A stretch of 64,000 bases of DNA from Eledone cirrhosa (GCA_964016885.1 OZ024741.1:48794001-48858000); one strand, 5' to 3'. Counted from the first letter of the stretch, positions 1-17,421 are shown. The notes: generated from the letters alone by a model not told the origin. Translations and numbers: made by a program.

Positions 1-809
1 AAAAATCAAAGGTAGAAGGGGAGATATTTTGACGATTTTCATCATCTTCAAATTCTACATAAATAAGGAGCTAAAATATCTGGAGTGGTTATTCTACAAT
101 GAAACGATTTTTTTCTACATTTACTACATCATTGTTGGTGTTATTTATGCATTATCTTGAAAATATTTCCAACAATTCTTTATAATTTGAACTTTTTAAT
201 ACATAAATATCCCATGCACACACAATACTTTTTCTTTCAATCTTCTGATTATTTTTTTTATTTCTCTCGCTCGCACTCACCCTCTCTTTTTCTTGGTTTA
301 TTTCCCCTCACTCGTTCTTTCTCCCTCTTCTACCCTACGAATCCCTATACAAAGTTCTCTTATTTAATCTCTTGCTTTCAATTACTCCCAGCATGTGAGT
401 GACCAGAAGTAAACAAAAATGCGAGAAACTTGTTGAAACTATAAAATGGTTAAAAAATCATTATTTAATGGAGTTGTGAAACAAACTATGCTCTAAATGA
501 CACATTTTAAACATCAAAATATTAAAACTTCATAAATATATTCTCCACTCATGCAAATTTCAAAGCCATAATGTGCTAATTAGCTGCTTCGCTTATAAAC
601 AGAGTTTAGATTGTTGCCCGTTTCTCAGACATAAAATAGAGAGGTTGGCTTATATTTGAGTATATATATGTATATGTATAATATATATGTATATATATGT
701 AGATAAATCTACCAAGAGTTTACGGTAGTGTCCAATCCGTATGAAGAACTCAATGTAATCCGGATATCATGGAAAGAAGAGATGCATTCAAAAATCACTT
801 ATTTTTTAA

Positions 810-2567
<1,758 letters not shown>

Positions 2568-5218
2568 TTGAAGAGGACTATCCTCAGGAGGAAAATATGG
2601 AAACTAAAGGACTCCACAGCCAGAAATAAATTTCAAAGCATATTACTTGATGCTTTCGACAGTAAGGAAGAGCATCTAGAATCGGACAATATAGAGGGAC
2701 AGTGGGAATTTCTGAAAGCAAACCTGCTGTTGGCGATAGACGAAGTCTGTGGCTGAAGCAGGCCTGTAGGCAGGAGGAGAGTAACATGGTGGTGGAACAG
2801 TAGGGTGGAGGGGTCAATTAAGGCCAAAAAGCAGGCTTGGAAAGTATAGCGGGATGGGGGAAGTAGAGTAGACTATCAAGTGGCCAGGAGGGAAGCTAGG
2901 AGAGAAGTGTACTTAGCAAGAAGGGAAGCTGAGGAAAGAAAGTTCAAGCATGTTCTACAACGCGATGACCAAAAACGTGAGGTGTTCAGGATTGCCAGGC
3001 AATGCGTCAAGGAAAACCGTGATATTGTCGGGGAGAAGTGTGTACTTAACGATGATGGCATACTTGCCATCACCGACACTGATAAGAAGGTAGCTTGGAA
3101 GTGTCACTATGAAAGGCTACTAAATGAGGAGAATAAATGGGAGAAAGACAGTCTCCCCCATATCGACCCGATAGAGGGACCAGCAGTGTTAGTCGAGGGG
3201 AGTATAATAAGTAAGGCAATCAAGGATATGAAGACGGGTAAGGCGGCTGGGCCTTCGGAAATAGTTGCTGAGATGCTGAAGGCATCTGGCACGGTGGGAC
3301 ACACCATGGTCACCCGCATAGTTAACCAAGTCGTACAGAATGGGGTTGTTCCGAAGGACTGGCATAGCAGCATCATCGTTAACTGTTATAAGGGTAAAGG
3401 AGACACCCTAGATAGGAGTAACTATAGAGGCATTAAATTAATCGACCAGGTCATGAAAGTCACTGAAAAAGTAATAGCGCAACTAATCAGAGAGAGAATT
3501 GACCTAGATGAAATGCAGTTCGGGTTTGTGTCAGGCAAAAGCACCACAGACGCTCTTTTCATAGTACGACAACTACAGGAGAAGTACCTAGCTAAAGGTA
3601 AACCCCTCTACTTAGCTTTTGTCGACCTGGAGAAAGCCTTCGACAGAGTCCCCCGCTCCATTATCTGGTGGGCTCTTAGAAAACTAGGCGTTGACGAATG
3701 GCTTGTGAGGGCTATACAAGCCATGTATAAAGAAACAGTCAGCAAGGTTAGAATTAACAACGAATATAGTGAAGAGTTTAGCGTAAAAGTTGGCGTCCAT
3801 CAGGGCTCTGTTCTCAGCCCCCTACTATTTATTATTGCCCTTCAGGCTATAACAGAGGAGTTCAAGACAGGCTGCCCATGGGAACTCCTATACGTAGACG
3901 ACCTGACACTCATAGCGGAATCAATGGCCGAGCTAGAGAAGAAATTCCAAACATGGAAGCACGGCCTAGAGTCAAAAGGACTTAAAATTAACCTGGCTAA
4001 GACCAAAGTTCTAGTTTGTAGGAAAGAAAACAAGGCGGCGGTCCCTTCTGGGAAATGGTCGTGCTCGGTGTGTAGGAAAGGCGTAGGTAGAAACTCCATT
4101 TTATGTCCTAAATGCAAAGTATGGGTGCATAAAAGATGTAGTGGGATCACAGGTAAGCTAACTAAGAACATAGATTTTACATGTGGCCGGTGTTCTGGTG
4201 CAATAAGTAGCAGCAAGTGCCCACAAAATACTAGCTCTTTCAATTGCGCAGAGGGTTCTATAGAAATAGTGGACAGCTTCCGTTACCTGGGCGATAAAAT
4301 CAGCAGTGGGGGAGGGTGCTCTGAAAGTACTGTAGCTAGAGTCAGAACTGGTTGGAAAAAGTTCAGAGAGCTTATACCACTATTAGCTGCCAAAGGGTTC
4401 TCCCTAAAAATGAAAGGCAGGTTGTACGATGCCTGCATACGAACAGCAATGTTGCATGGTAGTGAGACCTGGGCATTGTGTGCAGAGGATATACGCAGAC
4501 TAGAGAGGAACGAAGCTTGCATGCTCCGCTGGATGTGTAACAGTAATATACGTGAACGGCAAAGCATAAACGAACTAAGGAAAAAATTAGAGATAAGAGG
4601 GATCAGATGTTGTTTACTCGAGAGAAGGCTGCATTGGTATGGACACGTGATGCGCATGAAAGTCGATAGCTGTATAACAAAGTGCAGGGCAATAAAGATA
4701 GACGGTAGCCACGGAATAGGCAGACCTAGAAAAACATGGGATGAGCTGATAAACTCCGACCTCACACACTTACACCTCTCCAAGACAATGTCACTGGACC
4801 GAGACCTTTGACGGTACTCAGTAACGGAGAAGACCCGCCTTGCCAGTAGGCATCTCTAACAAAATACACCCCGTCCCGCCACCACCCCCACCCCATCCAC
4901 ACCACCCCGTTCTATGTAAAGTTATGTTGGTGCCGCGCCATCGAGGCCGAAACAAATGAGATCGTGTAGGTGTCACGACAAAAAAACACACAGTCCACGC
5001 TGTAATGTGGCCGTGTAGGGAACACGGTAAAAACCTCCCAGACCCACACTGTAAATGTGGTTGGTGTTAGGAAAGGCATTCAACTGTAGAAAACCTGCCA
5101 GACAGTCCTATGCGAGCAAGACAATCACTCTTGCCTCAAGTGGGACTACCCCCGTCCAAACCCATGCAAGCGTGGAACACGGACGTTAAACGTTGATGAT
5201 GATGATGATGATGATGAT
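2568..5218 (+). mobile_element. RTE-clade LINE family A, 5'-truncated, inactivated
   Basis: ORF 2880-4811 has RT motifs (NYRGIKL, FVDLEKAFD, QGSVLSP, YVDD, FRYLG) and a C4HC3 finger; stops at 2754, ~2847 and 4809 where family B has Trp; 3' UTR ends in (GAT)n. Confidence 0.95.
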
Positions 5219-7153
5219 ATTATATATGTATATATATTATATATGTATATATATTATATATGTATATATATATATAATATATGTATATATATTATATATG
5301 TATATATATTATATATGTATATATATTATATATGTATATATATTATATATGTATATATTATATATGTATATATATTATATATGTATATATATATATGTAT
5401 ATATATTATATATGTATATATATATATATATTATATATGTATATATATATATATATTATATATGTATATATATATATATATTATATATGTATATATATTA
5501 TATATGTATATATATATATTATATATGTATATATATTATATATGTATATATATATATATATTATATATGTATATATATTATATATGTATATATATATATA
5601 TATTATATATGTATATATATATATATATATTATATATATATATATATATTATATATGTATATATATATATATATATTATATATGTATATATATATATATA
5701 TATTATATATGTATATATATATATATATTATATATGTATATATATATATATTATATATGTATATATATATATATTATATATATATATATTATATATGTAT
5801 ATATATATTATATATGTATATATATATATATATGTATATATTATATATGTATATATTATATATGTATATATTATATATGTATATATTATATATGTATGTA
5901 TATATTATATATGTATATATATATTATATATGTATATATATATATATTATATATGTATATTATATATGTATATATATATATATTATATATGTATATTATA
6001 TATATATATATATATATATTATATATGTATATATATATATTATATATGTATATATATATATTATATATGTATATATATATATTATATATGTATATATATA
6101 TATTATATATGTATATATATATATTATATATGTATATATATATATTATATATGTATATATATATTATATATGTATATATATATATTATATATGTATATAT
6201 ATATATTATATATGTATATATATATTATATATGTATATATATATATTATATATGTATATATATATATTATATATGTATATATATATATTATATATGTATA
6301 TATATATATTATATATGTGTATATATATTATATATGTGTATATATATTATATATGTATATATATATATTATATATGTGTATATATATTATATATGTATAT
6401 ATATATATATATATTATATATGTATATGTATATATATATATTATATATGTATATGTATATATATATATTATATATGTATATATATATATATATATTATAT
6501 ATGTATATATATTATATATGTATATATATATATATATATTATATATGTATATATATTATATATGTATATATATTATATATGTATATATATTATATATGTA
6601 TATATATATATATTATATATGTATATATATATATATATATTATATATGTATATATATATTATATATGTATATATATATTATATATGTATATATATATTAT
6701 ATATGTATATATGTATATATATATTATATATGTATATATATATTATATATGTATATATATATTATATATTATATATGTATATATATATTATATATGTATA
6801 TATATATTATATATTATATATGTATATATATATTGTATATGTATATATATATTATATATGTATATATATATTATATATAGTATATATATATTATATATAG
6901 TATATATATATTATATATGTATATATATATTATATATTGTATATATATATTATATATAGTATATATATATTATATATAGTATATATATATTATATATAGT
7001 ATATATATATTATATATAGTATATATATATTATATATAGTATATATATATTATATATAGTATATATATATTATATATATTATATATATATATTATATATG
7101 TATATATATATTATATATATATAATATATATATATATTATATATATATATATT
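5219..7153. repeat. TTATATATG(TA)n satellite, with a homogeneous 20-bp ATATATATATTATATATAGT block at ~6950-7070
   Basis: Direct reading of periodicity. Confidence 0.95.
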
Positions 7154-7781
7154 AGAGGGATCAGATGTTGTTTACTCGAGAGAAGGCTACGTTGGTATGG
7201 ACACGTGATGCGCATGAAAGTCGATAGCTGTATAACAAAGTGCAGGGCAATAAAGATAGACGGTAGCCACGGAATAGGCAGACCTAGAAAAACCTGGGAC
7301 GAGCTGAAAAACTCCGACCTCACACACTTACACCTCTCCAAGACAATGTCACTGGACCGAGACCTTTGGCGGTACTCAGTAACAGAGAAGACCCGCCTTG
7401 CCAGTAGGCATCTCTAACAAAATACACCCCGTCCCGCCACCACCCCCACCCCATCCACACCACCCCATCCACACCACCCCGTTCTATGTAAAGTTATGTT
7501 GGTGCCGCGCCATCCAGGCCGAAACAAATGAGATCGTGTAGGTGTCACGACAAAAAAACACACAGTCCACGCTGTAATGTGGCCGTGTAGGCAACACGGT
7601 AAAAACCTCCCAGACCCACACTGTAAATGTGGTTGGTGTTAGGAAGGGCATCCAGCTGTAGAAAACCTGCCAGACAGTCCTATGCGAGCAAGACAATCAC
7701 TCTTGCCTCAAGTGGGACTACCCCAGTCCAAACCCATGCAAGCGTGGAACACGGACGTTAAACGTTGATGATGATGATGAT
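7154..7781 (+). mobile_element. Family A RTE LINE 3' fragment
   Basis: Near-identical to 4596-5218; (GAT)n tail; small CCCCATCCACACCA duplication. Confidence 0.95.
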
Positions 7782-7994
7782 ATATGTATATATATATTAT
7801 ATATGTATATATATATTATATATGTATATATATATTATATATGTATATATATGTATATATATATTATATATGTATATATATATTATATATGTATATATAT
7901 ATTATATATGTATATATATATTATATATTAATATTATATATGTATATATTATATATGTATATATTATATATGTATATATATATTATATATGTAT

Positions 7995-8558
7995 ATCATC
8001 ATCATCATCAGCATCAACGTTTAACGTCCGTGTTCCACGCTTGCATGGGTTTGGACGGGGGTAGTCCCACTTGAGGCAAGAGTGATTGTCTTGCTCGCAT
8101 AGGACTGTCTGGCAGGTTTTCTACAGTTGGATGCCCTTCCTAACACCAACCACATTTACAGTGTGGGTCTGGGAGGTTTTTACCGTGTTGCCTACACGGC
8201 CACATTACAGCGTGGACTGTGTGTTTTTTTGTCGTGACACCTACACGATCTCATTTGTTTCGGCCTCGATGGCGCGGCACCAACATAACTTTACATAGAA
8301 CGGGGTGGTGTGGATGGGGTGGTGGTGGGACGGGGTGTATTTTGTTAGAGATGCCTACTGGCTGGAGTAGGTTTTACTATATATTTAGGTAAGGCGGGTC
8401 TTCTCTGTTACTGAGTACTGCCAAAGGTCTCGGTCCATTGACATTGTCTTGGAGAGGTGTAAGTGTGTGATGTCGGAGTTTATCAGCTCGTCCCAGGTTT
8501 TTCTAGGTCTGCCTATTCCGTGACTACCGTCTATCTTTATTGCCCTGCGCTTTGTTAT
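7995..8558 (-). mobile_element. Family A RTE LINE 3' fragment, inverted
   Basis: Reverse complement of the family A 3' end; (ATC)n at left; carries a 28-bp diagnostic insert. Confidence 0.95.
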
Positions 8559-8590
8559 GTATATATATATTATATATGTATATATATATT

Positions 8591-11500
8591 ATAAATGTAG
8601 ACTCAATGAAAGGAAGAGCAGGAGAAATCGTAGAAATGCTAGAGCGAAAGGAAGTTGATGTATGCTGTGTGCAAGAGACTAGATGGAGAGGAGGGTCTGC
8701 TAGAGTCCTTGTAGGAAAAAGCCAGTGCTACAAATTTTTCTGGGTGGGAAATGACGATGGGATGGGTGGTGTAGGTATACTATTAGCTGACAAGTGGGTA
8801 GATAAAGTAATCTCAGTGTACAGGGTAAATGCAAGAATCATTAAACTCAGACTAGTCCTGAATAAGACAATTACCACAATAATATCAGCTTACGCACCCC
8901 AATCGGGGCTGCCAGACGAACTTAAGAATAGGTTTTACGAGTCCCTAATACACACTACTGCTCTAACAGACGACAAGGACTTCCTAATCATTGCAGGAGA
9001 TTTTAACGGACACGTAGGTAAACACTGCGACGGCTTCAATAGAGTACATGGAGGCCATGGAGTTGGCACAAGGAATGAGGAAGGATTCAGACTTCTAGAA
9101 TTCTGCGACGCCAATGACATGTCGATATGTAACACAAACTTTAAAAAACCCGACAACCACCTGATCACCTATAGATCAGGGGAGCACTCTAGTCAGTTAG
9201 ATTTTATCCTCATCAGAGGACGTGACAGATGGACGGTCGTAAACACAAAAGCCTTCCCTAGTGAGGAATGTACATCCCAACATAGCTTAGTTGTCAGCGA
9301 CCTCACGGTCAGAACTAGACGAGCCCTGAAACAGAGGCCAACCTGGAGAAGAAAGATCTGGAAGCTGAAAGTCCCCTCAACCAGTAACAGATTTAAAGAT
9401 ATTTTACTCAACGCCTACGACAGTAAAGAAGAACAGATAGAGACATTTAACGTAGAAGAGAACTGGGAGTTCCTAAAAAATAACTTACTAGAGGCGACGG
9501 ATGAGGTTTGTGGCTGGAGTAAGACCTCAAGCAGGAGGAGAGTGACTTGGTGGTGGAACAATAAGGTAGATGAAGCAGTCAAGGCCAAGAGACAGGCATG
9601 GAAAGAATGGAAGAACGGGGGGAGCAGGGTACATTACATAGAGACCAAGAGGGAAGCTAGGCGACAAGTATACTTAGCTAGGAGGGAAGCAGAGGATAGA
9701 AAATTCAAGCATGTTTTACAACGTGAGGACCAGAAACAGGAGGAATTCAAGATTGCGAGGCAGTGTGTCAGAGATAGTTGTGATGTCATTGGAGAGAAGT
9801 GTATCCGGAATGATAAAGGTGAGCTTGCCCTCACAAGTGCTGAGAAGAAAGATGCATGGAAGAGTCATTATGATAGATTACTAAATGAGGAGAATGCATG
9901 GGAAGAAGAGACCCTACCCCACGTAGACCCTATAGAGGGACCAGCAGTACAAGTCAGCGGCAGCGTAGTAAGTAAGGCAATCAGAGATATGAAGATGGGG
10001 AAGGCAACCGGTCCATCGGGTATAGCTGCCGAGATGCTGAAGGCATCTGGGTCTGTAGGTCACACTATAACCACACGTATCGTTAACCAGGTAATACTAG
10101 AGGGGGCCATACCAAAAGATTGGTGCAGTAGCATCATTGTCAACTGCTACAAAGGTAAAGGCGATGCACTAGATAGAGGAAACTATAGAGGTATAAAGTT
10201 GATGGACCAGGTCATGAAAGTAACAGAAAGAGTTATAGCACAGCTGATTAGGGACCGGGTGAATATAGACGAGATGCAATTTGGGTTTGTACCAGGGAAA
10301 GGCACCACTGATGCCCTCTTCCTTGTGAGGCAATTACAGGAAAAGTACCTAGCTAAAAGTAAGCCACTCTACTTGGGATTTGTCGACCTTGAGAAAGCCT
10401 TTGACAGAGTTCCACGTGCAGTAATCTGGTGGGCTCTTAGAAAACTAGGAGTAGATGAATGGCTTGTGAAAGCGGTACAAGCCATGTATAGGGGAGCAGT
10501 CAGCAAAGTTAGGATTGGCAATGAGTATAGCGAGGAATTTAAGACCGGATGCCCATGGGAACTCCTGTATGCTGATGACCTCGCACTCATAGCTGAATCT
10601 ATGATAGAACTAGAGAAGAAATTCCAAACCTGGAAGCAGGGACTAGAGAGAAAGGGTCTCAAAGTCAACATGACAAAGACTAAGGTCCTTATAAGTAGAC
10701 GAGAAAACAGAACCCAGATCCCCTCAGGGAAATGGCCTTGCTCAGTATGTAGGAAAGGTGTAGGTAGGAACTCCATTCTCTGCCCCAAATGCAAACAATG
10801 GGTGCACAAGAGATGTAGCGGGATCTCAGGAAGCTTAATTAAGAATGTAGGATTCACATGCAGCAGCTGTGCTGAAACAGCAAGCAGCAAACAGCCACAG
10901 GAAACAAGTACCACCAATCTCTGGGAGGGCCCTGTAGAAACAGTAGACAGCTTCTGCTACCTAGGTGACCGAATTAGCAACGGAGGTGGGTGCTCAGAAA
11001 GTACAATAACTAGGGTAAGAACGGGATGGAAGAAGTTTAGGGAACTACTACCACTGCTAGCTGCAAAAGGCTTCTCCCTCAGAATGAAAGGCAGACTGTA
11101 TGATGCGTGTATCCGAACAGCGATGTTGCATGGTAGTGAGACCTGGGCGCTAAAGGTGGAAGACTTACGTAGATTAGAGAGAAACGAAGCCTGCATGCTC
11201 CGATGGATGTGTAACAGTAATATACGTGAACGACAAAGCATAATGGAATTGAGAGAGAGACTGAGCATAAGAGGACTCAAATGCTGCGTGCAGGAGAGGC
11301 GGTTACGCTGGTATGGACATGTGATGCGTATGAAGGATGACAGCTGATGACAGCTGCATAAAAAGGTGCAGAGCACTAGAAGTTGATGGAAACCGCGGAG
11401 TGGGGAGACCCAAGATGACTTGGGATGAGGTGATAAAAGCCGACCTTACCCAATTACACCTCTCAAAGACAATGACACACGACCGTGACTTCTGGCGTCA

Positions 11501-11848
11501 CGCAGTAATACAGGGTACCCGACCTCCCATGGGTACATGCTGAAGCATATAAACAATATGCCCCCACTCCCCCCACCGCAAGGTGGTCGTGGAGGTGCCA
11601 CGGCAAAAAAGCACCCAGCCCACACTGTAAAGTGGACGTGTAGGCGCCACGAAAAAGCACCCAGCACTCACTGTAAATGAGGTTGGTGTTAGGAAGGGCA
11701 TCCAGCTGTAGAAATCAAGCCAGATCAGTTCCTGTATGAGCAAGGCATGGTCAGCCGACCAGACACTGCCCACAACAGGACAACCCGTCTAACCCATGCT
11801 AGCGTGGAAGAACGGACGTAAAACGGTGATGATGATGATGATGATGAT
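8591..11848 (+). mobile_element. RTE LINE family B, nearly full ORF, with an 84-bp RT deletion and a 3' frameshift
   Basis: APE motifs (VQETR, AYAP, GDFNGH, LDFIL) plus RT; lacks the QGSVLSP block; GATGACAGCT duplicated at ~11336; (GAT)n tail. Confidence 0.96.
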
Positions 11849-12472
11849 CTGTATATATATATTATATATGTATATATATATTATATATGTATATATATAT
11901 TATATATGTATATATATATTATATATGTATATATATATTATATATGTATATATATATTATATATGTATATATATATTATATATGTATATATATATTATAT
12001 ATGTATATATATATTATATATGTATATATATATTATATATGTATATATATATTATATATGTATATATATATTATATATGTATATATATATTATATATGTA
12101 TATATATATTATATATGTATATATATATTATATATGTATATATATATTATATATGTATATATATATTATATATGTATATATATATTATATATGTATATAT
12201 ATATTATATATGTATATATATATTATATATGTATATATATATTATATATGTATATATATATTATATATGTATATATATATTATATATGTATATATATATA
12301 TTATATATGTATATATATATTATATATGTATATATATATTATATATGTATATATATATTATATATGTATATATATATTATATATGTATATATATTATATA
12401 TGTATATATATTATATATGTATATATATTATATATGTATATATATATATATATTATATATGTATATAATATT
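11849..12472. repeat. Near-perfect 19-bp minisatellite TTATATATGTATATATATA
   Basis: Register shifts by one base per 20 nt over several hundred bp. Confidence 0.92.
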
Positions 12473-12887
12473 ATCATCATCATCATCATCATCAACGTTT
12501 AACGTCCGTGTTCCACGCTTGCATGGGTTTGGACGGGGGTAGTCCCACTTGAGGCAAGAGTGATTGTCTTGCTCGCATAGGACTGTCTGGCAGGTTTTCT
12601 ACAGTTGGATGCCCTTCCTAACACCAACCACATTTACAGTGTGGGTCTGGGAGGTTTTTTACCGTGTTGCCTACACGGCCACATTACAGCGTGGACTGTG
12701 TGTGTTTTTTTGTCGTGACACCTACACGATCTCATTTGTTTCGGCCTCGATGGCGCGGCACCAACATAACTTTACATAGAACGGGGTGGTGTGGATCGGG
12801 TGGTGGTGGTGGGACGGGGTGTATTTTGTTAGAGATGCCTACTGGCTGGAGTAGGTTTTACTATATATTTTAGGTAAGGCGGGTCTT
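12473..12887 (-). mobile_element. Family A RTE LINE 3' UTR fragment, inverted
   Basis: Matches 7995-8402, including the insert. Confidence 0.94.
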
Positions 12888-14152
12888 ATGTATATATATA
12901 TTATATATGTATATATATATTATATATGTATATATATATTATATATGTATATATATATATTATATATGTATATATATATTATATATATATATATATAATA
13001 TATGTATATATATATATATATATTATATATATATATATATTATATATGTATATATATATTATATATGTATATATGTATATATTATATATATATTATATAT
13101 ATATATATATATTATATATGTATATATATATTATATATGTATATATATATTATATATGTATATATATATTATATATGTATATATATATTATATATGTATA
13201 TATATATTATATATGTATATATATATTATATATGTATATATATATTATATATGTATATATATATTATATATGTATATATATATTATATATGTATATATAT
13301 ATTATATATGTATATATATATTATATATGTATATATATATTATATATGTATATATAAATTATATATGTATATATATATTATATATGTATATATAAATTAT
13401 ATATGTATATATATATTATATATGTATATATATATTATATATGTATATATATATTATATATGTATATATATATTATATATGTATATATATATTATATATG
13501 TATATGTATATATATATTATATATGTATATATATATTATATATGTATATATATATTATATATGTATATATATATTATATATGTATATATATATTATATAT
13601 GTATATATATATATATATTATATATGTATATATATATATATTATATATGTATATATATATATATATTATATATGTATATATATATATATATTATATATGT
13701 ATATATATATATATATATTATATATGTATATATATATATATTATATATGTATATATATATTATATATGTATATATATATATATATATATTATATATGTAT
13801 ATATATATATTATATATGTATATATATGTATATATATTATATATGTATATATATATTATATATGTATATATATATTATATATGTATATATATATTATATA
13901 TGTATATATATATATTATATATGTATATATATATATTTATATGTATATATATATATTATATATGTATATATATATATTATATATGTATATATATATATAT
14001 ATTATATATGTATATATATATATATATATTATATATGTATATATATATATATATATATTATATATGTATATATATATTATATATGTATATATATATATAT
14101 ATATATTATATATGTATATATATATATATATATATTATATATGTATATATAT
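12888..14152. repeat. TTATATATG(TA)n satellite
   Basis: Same unit family as the neighbouring arrays. Confidence 0.95.
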
Positions 14153-16711
14153 GAAAGATCTGGAAGCTGAAAGTCCCCTCAACCAGTAACAGATTTAAAG
14201 ATATTTTACTCAACGCCTACGACAGTAAAGAAGAACAGATAGAGACATTTAATGTAGAAGAGAACTGGGAGTTCCTAAAAAATAATTTACTAGAGGCGAC
14301 GGACGAGGTCTGTGGCTGGAGTAAGACCTCAAGCAGGAGGAGAGTGACTTGGTGGTGGAACAATAAGATAGATGAAGCAGTCAAGGCCAAGAGACAGGCA
14401 TGGAAAGAATGCAAGAACGGGGGGAGCAGGGTACATTACATAGAGACCAAGAGGGAAGCTAGGCGACAAGTATACTTAGCTAGGAGGGAAGCAGAGGATA
14501 GAAAATTCAAGCATGTTTTACAACGTGAGGACCAGAAACAGGAGGTATTCAAGATTGCGAGGCAGTGTGTCAGAGATAGTTGTGATGTCATTGGAGAGAA
14601 GTGTATCCGGAATGATAAAGGTAAACTTGCCCTCACAAGTGCTGAGAAGAAAGATGCATGGAAGAGTCATTATGATAGATTACTAAATGAGGAGAATGCA
14701 TGGGAAGAGACCCTACCCCAAGTAGACCCTATAGAGGGACCAGCAGTACACGTCAGCGGCAGCGTAGTAAGTAAGGCAATCAGAGATATGAAGATGGGGA
14801 AGGCAACCGGTCCATCGGGTATAGCTGCCGAGATGCTGAAGGCATCTGGGTCTGTAGGTCACACTATAACCACACGTATCGTTAACCAGGTAATACTAGA
14901 AGGGGCCATACCAAAAGATTGGTGCAGTAGCATCATTGTCAACTGCTACAAAGGCAAAGGCGACGCACTAGATAGAGGAAACTATAGAGGTATAAAGTTG
15001 ATGGACCAGGTCATGAAAGTAACAGAAAGAGTTATAGCACAGCTGATTAGGGACCGAGTGAATATAGACGAGATGCAATTTGGGTTTGTACCAGGAAGAG
15101 GCACCACTGATGCCCTCTTCCTTGTGAGGCAATTACAGGAAAAGTACCTAGCTAAAAGTAAGCCACTCTACTTGGCATTTGTTGACCTTGAGAAAGCCTT
15201 TGACAGAGTTCCACGTGCTGTAATCTGGTGGGCTCTTAGAAAACTAGGAGTAGATGAATGGCTTGTGAAAGCGGTACAAGCCATGTATAGGGGAGCAGTC
15301 AGCAAAGTTAGGATTAGCAATGAGTATAGCGAGGAATTTAGCGTACAGGTTGGGGTCCACCAGGGCTCTGTTCTTAGCCCTCTCCTGTTCATCATAGTCC
15401 TGCAGGCAATAACGGAGGAATTTAAGACCGGATGCCCATGGGAACTCCTGTATGCTGATGACCTCGCACTCAGCTGAATCTATGATAGAACTAGAGAAGA
15501 AATTCCAAACCTGGAAGCAGGGACTAGAGAGAAAGGGTCTCAAAGTCAACATGACAAAGACTAAGGTCCTTATAAGTAGACGAGAAAACAGAACCCAGAT
15601 CCCCTCAGGGAAATGGCCTTGCTCAGTATGTAGGAAAGGTGTAGGTAGGAACTCCATTCTCTGCCCCAAATGCAAACAATGGGTGCACAAGAGATGTAGC
15701 GGGATCTCAGGAAGCTTAATTAAGAATGTAGGATTCACATGCAGCAGCTGTGCTGAAACAGCAAGCAGCAAACAGCCACAGGAAACAAGTACCACCAATC
15801 TCTGGGAGGGCCCTGTAGAAACAGTAGACAGCTTCTGCTACCTAGGTGACCGAATTAGCAACGGAGGTGGGTGTTCAAGAAAGTACAATAACTAGGGTAA
15901 GAACAAGATGGAAGAAGTTTAGGGAACTACTACCACTGCTAGCTGCAAAAGGCTTCTCCCTCAGAATGAAAGGCAGACTGTATGATGCGTGTATCCGAAC
16001 AGCGATGTTGCATGGTAGTGAGACCTGGGCGCTGAAGGTGGAAGACTTACGTAGATTAGAGAGAAACGAAGCCTGCATGCTCCGATGGATGTGTAACAGT
16101 AATATACGTGAATGACAAAGCATAAATGAATTGAGAGAGAGACTGAGCATAAGAGGAATCAAATGCTGCGTGCAGGAGAGGCGGTTGCGCTGGTATGGAC
16201 ATGTGATGCGTATGAAGGATGACAGCTGCATAAAAAAGTGCAGAGCACTAGAAGTTGATGGAAACCGCGGAGTGGGGAGACCCAAGATGACCTGGGATGA
16301 GGTGATAAAAGCCGACCTTACCCAATTACACCTCTCAAAGACAATGACACACGACCGTGACTTCTGGCGTCACACAGTAATACAGAGTACCCGACCTCCC
16401 ATGAATACATGCTGAAGCATATAAACAATATGCCCCCACACCCCCACCGCAAGGTGGTCGTGGAGGTGCCACGGCAAAAAAGCACCCAGCCCACACTGTA
16501 AAGTGGACGTGTAGGCGCCACGAAAAAGCACCCAGCACTCACTGTAAATGAGGTTGGTGTTAGGAAGGGCATCCAGCTGTAGAATATCAAGCCAGATCAG
16601 TTCCTGTATGAGCAAGGCATGGTCAGCCGACCAGACACTACACACAACAGACAACCCGTCTAACCCATGCTAGCGTGGAAGAACGGAACGTAAAACGGTG
16701 ATGATGATGAT
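14153..16711 (+). mobile_element. Family B RTE LINE, 5'-truncated, frameshifted
   Basis: ORF pieces 14344-15477, 15452-15895, 15846-16115 and 16131-16415 match the intact copy; frameshifts near 15472 and 15878; CGA>TGA at 16113; (GAT)n tail. Confidence 0.96.
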
Positions 16712-16735
16712 GTATATATATATATTATATATGTA

Positions 16736-16924
16736 TTGCACACAGTGCTCCTTTGGGAGCCCCTACATGGACACACTAGAAGAGGAAGACCAAGGTTAAC
16801 ATATGTTGATGCCCTAAGGACAGACACTGGTCTGTTGGAGATGCAGGACATGGCAGCGATAATGAGGGACAGAGACCGCTGGAGAGAACTCGTCCATGGA
16901 TCTCGGGAATTTTACCCGCCTTAG
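16736..16924 (+). mobile_element. 3' end of a third RTE-type LINE family (C)
   Basis: VLLWEPLHGHTRRGRPRLTYVDAL...MRDRDRWR is a typical RTE-type ORF C-terminus; the stop runs straight into (TA)n. Confidence 0.85.
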
Positions 16925-17155
16925 ATATATATGTATATAAATGTATATATATAATATATATATATATGTATATATATAATATATGTATATATATAATATA
17001 TGTATATATATAATATATGTATATATATATATAATATGTATATATATATTATATTATATATGTATATATATATTATATTATATATGTATATATATATTAT
17101 ATTATATATGTATATATATATATTATATATGTATATATATATTATATTATATATG

Positions 17156-17190
<35 letters not shown>

Positions 17191-17274
17191 TATATTATAT
17201 ATGTATATATATATTATATTATATATGTATATATAATATTATATTATATATGTATATATATATATGTATATATA

Positions 17275-17307
<33 letters not shown>

Positions 17308-17321
17308 TATGTGTATATATA

Positions 17322-17392
<71 letters not shown>

Positions 17393-17421
17393 ATATATAT
17401 ATATATATGTATATATAATAT

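Noticed and set aside
400-560. CCAGAAGTAAACAAAAATGCG and ATGCAAAT as a possible promoter
   Set aside because: Short, imperfect motifs with no SUMO-coding exon nearby.
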